Below are positions 59,527-64,000 of a stretch of DNA of 64,000 bases, in pieces; the first letter of the stretch is position 1; every line of letters starts with the position of its first letter. Source of the stretch: Vulcanimicrobiota bacterium. Its GTDB lineage: Bacteria > Vulcanimicrobiota > Vulcanimicrobiia > Vulcanimicrobiales > Vulcanimicrobiaceae. The DNA is taken from contig OY970223.1 in assembly GCA_963714015.1 (NCBI GenBank), positions 3,456,001 through 3,520,000 of the forward strand. The letters are read 5' to 3'. The notes below the pieces were generated by a model, which saw only the letters and a program-made list of their open reading frames with translations, did not search any database and was not told the origin of the DNA. The position numbers were made by a program, and so were the translations under genes.

Positions 59527-60928
59527 CGGGCGGCTCCGGTTGAGTTTGCTCCACCGGCGTGGACAGATTGACGCGAATCACCAAGACCGCGACGTCATCG
59601 CGCATCGCCTTGCCCGAGCGCTTTCGCGCTCGTTCGATGAGCCGGTTTGCCAGGACGTCGGGCTCTCCGCTTTCCTGTCCAATCCACTCCATTGCGCCTG
59701 CCGCTTCCAGCATGACGCCGTTCGTATCGCGCGACTCTGAGAGACCGTCCGTCGAGAGCACGATCTCGTCTCCGTCCTCCAAGTACAGCGTCTTGACTTG
59801 AAACGGCTCCTCCATGACGCCGAGGACCGGACCGGTGACCGCGAGTTGCTCCACCTCATGAGAACGACGGATAAAGGCTACGTCGTGCCCTGCGCTCGCG
59901 TAGTCGAAACGCAAAGTTTCCGTATCGAGAATTCCCACGAGCATGGAGACGAACAGATACGGGTTTTCAACGGTTTGAGGAAACGCCCGGTTAAACTCCT
60001 GGAGAATGAAACCGGGGTCGCGGCGGCGCAGCGCAATTCCGCGTATGGTGAATTTGATGAATGCGGTCAGCACCGCAGCGTCGACGCCTTTTCCGCTGAC
60101 GTCCGCAATGAGTATCAGGCCTAAACGATCCGAGAGCCGATGCACGTCGAATACGTCGCCGCCGACCGCCAAGTGGCTGCTCGCCGCGCCGTACGCGCTT
60201 CCGATGGTGCAGTTCGGCAAGGGCACGTGCTCGCTGCGGAACGCGCGCTGCAGTGTTTGCGTGGTCGTGCGTTCCTCTTCCAGTTCGCTCGTCAGACGCG
60301 ACCGCAAACCGTAGAACAAGATCGTGAGCACGCCGAAAACGCCCAGCCACAGCACCCGATCGAAGAGCGAACGGCTGATCTGCGATTGGGTGGATTGACG
60401 CACGCTCACGTTCTTGTCGCTCAGCACCTTGCCCAGGTAGTGGGCGGCCTCGTCCTGCGAACCGATGAGCTCCTTGCTGCGCGCGTCGAAGTCGCGAGGC
60501 GGCGTGCCCGGATGCGCCAGAAGGACGTCGGCGATTTCCGCATGCCACTGTTCGTGATACGATTTGTAGTCTGCGAGCGCGTTCTGTGCATCGGTAAGCC
60601 CCTCGTTCTTGAGCGTACGCTGAAGGCCGTTCAGCGCGCCGTAAAACTGCGCGCTGGTGTAGTTGAACGAGTCGATGTACGACGGATCGCGAGTGATGAC
60701 GTACGCATTCAAGTAGTTCTGCTCGTCGAGTTGAAGTTCGACCGTGCGAGCCAGATCGAGTTGACCGGCTTGAATCGCTTGCTGCTGGGCAAATGAGACG
60801 TCGATCGCCGCGCCGGTGCTCCATGCGCCTTCGATGGCAACGACGAGCGCAAATACCAAGATGACCGTGGCAGCAAGCGTGCCGGCACCGCGCAAAATCC
60901 GGGCGGGGAGCCGAGGAACGCGAATCAA
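59519..60928 (-). CDS. Membrane sensor PP2C/SpoIIE-family phosphatase
   Basis: Two TMs flanking a helical sensor. VGGDVFD, IADVSGKG, SAGH, STDGLSE, DDVAVL. Confidence 0.92.
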   Translation of the reverse strand: MIRVPRLPARILRGAGTLAATVILVFALVVAIEGAWSTGAAIDVSFAQQQAIQAGQLDLARTVELQLDEQNYLNAYVITRDPSYIDSFNYTSAQFYGALNGLQRTLKNEGLTDAQNALADYKSYHEQWHAEIADVLLAHPGTPPRDFDARSKELIGSQDEAAHYLGKVLSDKNVSVRQSTQSQISRSLFDRVLWLGVFGVLTILFYGLRSRLTSELEEERTTTQTLQRAFRSEHVPLPNCTIGSAYGAASSHLAVGGDVFDVHRLSDRLGLILIADVSGKGVDAAVLTAFIKFTIRGIALRRRDPGFILQEFNRAFPQTVENPYLFVSMLVGILDTETLRFDYASAGHDVAFIRRSHEVEQLAVTGPVLGVMEEPFQVKTLYLEDGDEIVLSTDGLSESRDTNGVMLEAAGAMEWIGQESGEPDVLANRLIERARKRSGKAMRDDVAVLVIRVNLSTPVEQTQPEPPDA

Positions 60929-61027
60929 GCGGCAAGCGCCTTCCGCTTTGCGACATTTGGCGCATCGGCCACGGAGCGCCCCCGCTTCCTAGGTCCGGAC
61001 AACCAAACCTCCGAAGCGTGGCTCGCT

Positions 61028-62377
61028 ATGCAGACGCGGTTGAATTCGGCGATTTTCAAGAGTTACGACGTTCGAGGTATATATCCGGCCGAACTGAACG
61101 AAGAGGTCGCTTACGGCATCGGACGCTGTTTCGTTTCGATGCTCGGCGCCAAGACCGTCGTAGCCGGACGCGACATGCGTCCGTCGGGCGAACGCCTCTT
61201 TGAGGCATTCGCGCGCGGCGCGACCGACGCGGGCGCGGACGTCACGGACGTCGGCATGCTTTCGACCGACGCGCTCTACTTTGCCGTCGGAAAATTCGGT
61301 TTCGACGGCGGCGTCATGATTACGGCCTCTCACAACCCCGCACAATACAACGGCATGAAGTTCACTCGCAGCGAAGCTCAAGCAATCTCGCTCGACACCG
61401 GGCTCTCTGAGATTCGCGACCGGATCGCTTCCGGAATCCTTCCGCCCAAAGCGGAAAAGCCGGGTACGATCGTTCGGCGCAACGTTCTGGACGAATTCGC
61501 GCAGCATTGCCTCTCTTTTATCGACCCGAAAAAGATCAAGCCGTTCAAGATCGCTATCGATGCCGGAAACGGGATGGCCGGGGAAACCGTTCCCCACGTG
61601 TTCAAACACCTTCCTTGCGAAGTCGTGCCGCTGTATTTCGAACTTAACGGAACCTTTCCAAACCACCCGGCCAGCCCCATTGAGCCCGAGAACATGGTCG
61701 ACCTTCAGGCGGCTGTCCGCAAACACGGCTGCGACTTGGGCGCCGCCTTCGACGGCGACGCCGATCGCATGTTCATCGTGGACGAAAAGGGCGATCTCAT
61801 AGACGGCAGCACCGTGACGGCTCTGGTCGCGCTCAATACGCTCAAGCGTTATCCCGGAAGCAAGATTCTCTACAACTTGATCTGCAGCCGCAGCGTGCCC
61901 GAGCTGATTAGTAAAAACGGCGGGATTCCCATTCGATCGCAAGTCGGGCATTCGCTTATCAAGAAGACGATGCGCGAGCAGGACGTCGTTTTTGGCGGCG
62001 AGCACAGCGGCCATTTCTATTTTCGCGACAACTGGTATGCCGACTCGGGCATGATCGCCCTCATGGAATGTTTGGAGCTTTTCAGCGAATCGGGTAAGCG
62101 CGTGAGCGACGTAATCACTCCGATCGACACTCGCTTTCGCTCGGGCGAAATCAACAGCACCGTCAAAGACATCCCCGCAAAGCTCGAGCAGATCGAATCG
62201 CACTACAAGGACGCGAGCATCGATCATCTCGACGGCGTCACGATCGCCTATCCGGATTGGTGGATGAACATCCGGCCGTCCAACACTGAACCGCTGCTGC
62301 GCTTGAACGTCGAGGGCGACACGAAGGAACTGATGGAGCGCCACCGCGACGAGGCGCTGGAGCTGATTCAAACCTGA
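61028..62377 (+). CDS. manB: Phosphomannomutase/phosphoglucomutase
   Basis: FKSYDVRG, TASHNP, FDGDADR, GEHSGH, RPSNTEP. Confidence 0.93.
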   Translation: MQTRLNSAIFKSYDVRGIYPAELNEEVAYGIGRCFVSMLGAKTVVAGRDMRPSGERLFEAFARGATDAGADVTDVGMLSTDALYFAVGKFGFDGGVMITASHNPAQYNGMKFTRSEAQAISLDTGLSEIRDRIASGILPPKAEKPGTIVRRNVLDEFAQHCLSFIDPKKIKPFKIAIDAGNGMAGETVPHVFKHLPCEVVPLYFELNGTFPNHPASPIEPENMVDLQAAVRKHGCDLGAAFDGDADRMFIVDEKGDLIDGSTVTALVALNTLKRYPGSKILYNLICSRSVPELISKNGGIPIRSQVGHSLIKKTMREQDVVFGGEHSGHFYFRDNWYADSGMIALMECLELFSESGKRVSDVITPIDTRFRSGEINSTVKDIPAKLEQIESHYKDASIDHLDGVTIAYPDWWMNIRPSNTEPLLRLNVEGDTKELMERHRDEALELIQT

Positions 62378-64000
62378 TCGATCAGTCGGCGATCGCGCGT
62401 TACGAAGAGACGCGCGTCGCAGTGCTCGAGGCGGTTCGTTCCCTCGAAGGACTCCTCGCCGAAGACGACCGGCCCGCGGTCACTTCGGCGCGCGAACGGT
62501 TGGAACGCGCAACGTTCACGCTTGCGGTCGTCGGTGAATTCTCGAGCGGAAAATCCTTTCTGCTCAACGCGCTGCTGGGACAGTTTCGCTTGGAACGCGA
62601 GGGGAGCCGCGAGGAGATCGTCGGGCTGCTGGCCACGGACATCAATCCCTCGACGGCGACCATTACGGAGCTGCAATACGCGGACCAGCCGCAAGCGCAC
62701 GCCTATCACCCGGATGGTCGCGTAGAACGCGTCCCGCTCGATCGTCTTTCGCACTTCGTCGCTTCGGATGAGGGCGCTCCGACCCGCGTGGTAGTCGAAG
62801 TCGACTCGCCGTTTTTACGCCGCGGCTTCACGGTGGCGGACACGCCTGGTCTTGCGTCGATAAACCCCGCGCACCGCCGCGCGACCCTGCAGTTTCTGCC
62901 CGGCGCGGACGCCGTGCTCTACCTGATCGATACCCAGCAGCCTTTCTCGGAAGGGGACGCTTCGTTTCTGGGAATCATCCGGCAGCATCTGGACACGATC
63001 TTCATCGTTCAGACCAAGATCGATCTGTGGGAAAGCCCGACCGCGAGCGGTATTCCCCAGTGGCAGGCGGCGCGGCACCGGATCGAGCAGCTCGCGGCGA
63101 TTCACGCGCCCCAAACATACGTCTACGCCATCTCCGCCCGGCGCTATGTCGAAGGCATTCTGCGCGAGGATCGGGCCGCCGTCGAAGAATCGCGCTTTGA
63201 CAAGTTCCTCAGTGCGCTCGATGCATCGCTCGTGCGCAATACCGGTCGCGCGCGGCTGCGGCGGGCGCGCGATCAGGTAGCCCAGGCAGCATCGGACACC
63301 GTGAGCCGCTTGCAGCGCGACGTCGAAATGCTCGCGCTGGGCGTTCAGACGCTGCGCGAACGGCGGTCGCAAGCGCAAGCGGGAATCGCCGGCTTGGAGT
63401 CGTTCGTCGCGCAGGCAAAGACGCAGGCGATCGACGCCGCCGATCGCACCCTGGAGGCTTTGAAAGAACGCGGAACGCTGCTCGCAGCCGACGCCCAGCG
63501 CGCCCTTTCTCAAGCTTTCGACGTAACCGACGTGGCGCGTCTTCGCGACCGGCCTCGCCTGCATATTCTGGTCGACCGGCGACTGGGCGAATCGGTCGAG
63601 CAGTTTGCGCAAGAGGTTTCCGCCGCCGTGGCTGCAGACTATTCGCGCGCAATTTCGGAGGCCAAAGAACGGTTGCCGATTCGATTCTCGTTCGGACACG
63701 CCGCTGCTCAGGCTTTCGGAAGCAGCGGACAGAGCAACCTCTGGTCGGAAAATCCGCAGCAGGCGCTGGCGGCGACCATCGTACTGGACGCCATCGGCGG
63801 CCCGGCGATATCGCTGGTCGAGCTCGTTTCCGCCGGATTTGCCGGAAAAGCGCAAGGCGCGTACATGAAGCGCGAGCTCGTGGCGGATCTGCGCGCGACG
63901 ATCTGGCCGCGGTTTCAGACGGAGATGGAAGCGTTCGCCGAAGGGGTCGCCGGCCGCATCTGCGAGATCGCGCACGCTTACGCCGCCGCTTTGCAAAACG
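62374..64000 (+). CDS. Bacterial dynamin-like GTPase (runs off right edge; start uncertain)
   Basis: Absent from the ORF track. My translation shows GEFSSGKS, PSTAT, DTPG, TKID, then a coiled-coil stalk. CTG at 62374 overlaps the manB TGA; the next in-frame GTG is 62422. Confidence 0.87.
   Translation, partial: MIDQSAIARYEETRVAVLEAVRSLEGLLAEDDRPAVTSARERLERATFTLAVVGEFSSGKSFLLNALLGQFRLEREGSREEIVGLLATDINPSTATITELQYADQPQAHAYHPDGRVERVPLDRLSHFVASDEGAPTRVVVEVDSPFLRRGFTVADTPGLASINPAHRRATLQFLPGADAVLYLIDTQQPFSEGDASFLGIIRQHLDTIFIVQTKIDLWESPTASGIPQWQAARHRIEQLAAIHAPQTYVYAISARRYVEGILREDRAAVEESRFDKFLSALDASLVRNTGRARLRRARDQVAQAASDTVSRLQRDVEMLALGVQTLRERRSQAQAGIAGLESFVAQAKTQAIDAADRTLEALKERGTLLAADAQRALSQAFDVTDVARLRDRPRLHILVDRRLGESVEQFAQEVSAAVAADYSRAISEAKERLPIRFSFGHAAAQAFGSSGQSNLWSENPQQALAATIVLDAIGGPAISLVELVSAGFAGKAQGAYMKRELVADLRATIWPRFQTEMEAFAEGVAGRICEIAHAYAAALQN

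Noticed and set aside
1..64000. CRISPR array, prophage, integrase/transposase, rRNA or tRNA
   Set aside because: No regularly spaced direct repeats or recognisable motifs were found by reading.

Overview
High-GC bacterial chromosomal window from a diderm organism (it encodes a TonB-dependent receptor and outer-membrane beta-barrels). The gene style resembles Eremiobacterota/Vulcanimicrobiia, but that is inference only. Left to right: (1) a divergent chaperone-usher-like pilus operon (usher-like barrel, three pilins, chaperone, large adhesin running off the left edge); (2) back-to-back with it, an orphan, very acidic flagellin with a sigma28-type promoter and CsrA-type sites; (3) an M-box (ykoK) riboswitch controlling a soluble MgtE-cytosolic-domain protein plus an NRAMP-related Mg transporter; (4) diguanylate cyclase, PucR-family regulator, degenerate glutamine-synthetase-like gene, hybrid kinase, PLP decarboxylase, RidA and a TPR protein; (5) a five-gene DUF11 operon whose subunits show complementary donor strands and incomplete acceptor domains carrying isopeptide-type residues, suggesting a self-crosslinking pilus with its own barrel, tip lectin and inert chaperone (top candidate for an undescribed system); (6) a complete nuoA-N operon with a Rex-type operator and two oppositely oriented ~200-bp structured palindromic elements between nuoD and nuoE; (7) K+ channel, cupin, protease, hflX and a cobalamin riboswitch with btuBCD/btuF; (8) PP2C phosphatase, phosphomannomutase and a dynamin-like GTPase running off the right edge. 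About 30 apparent single-base frameshifts (hand count; those inspected are extra bases) are probably sequencing errors, and several genes were reconstructed across them by eye. No rRNA, tRNA, CRISPR array or transposase was seen.
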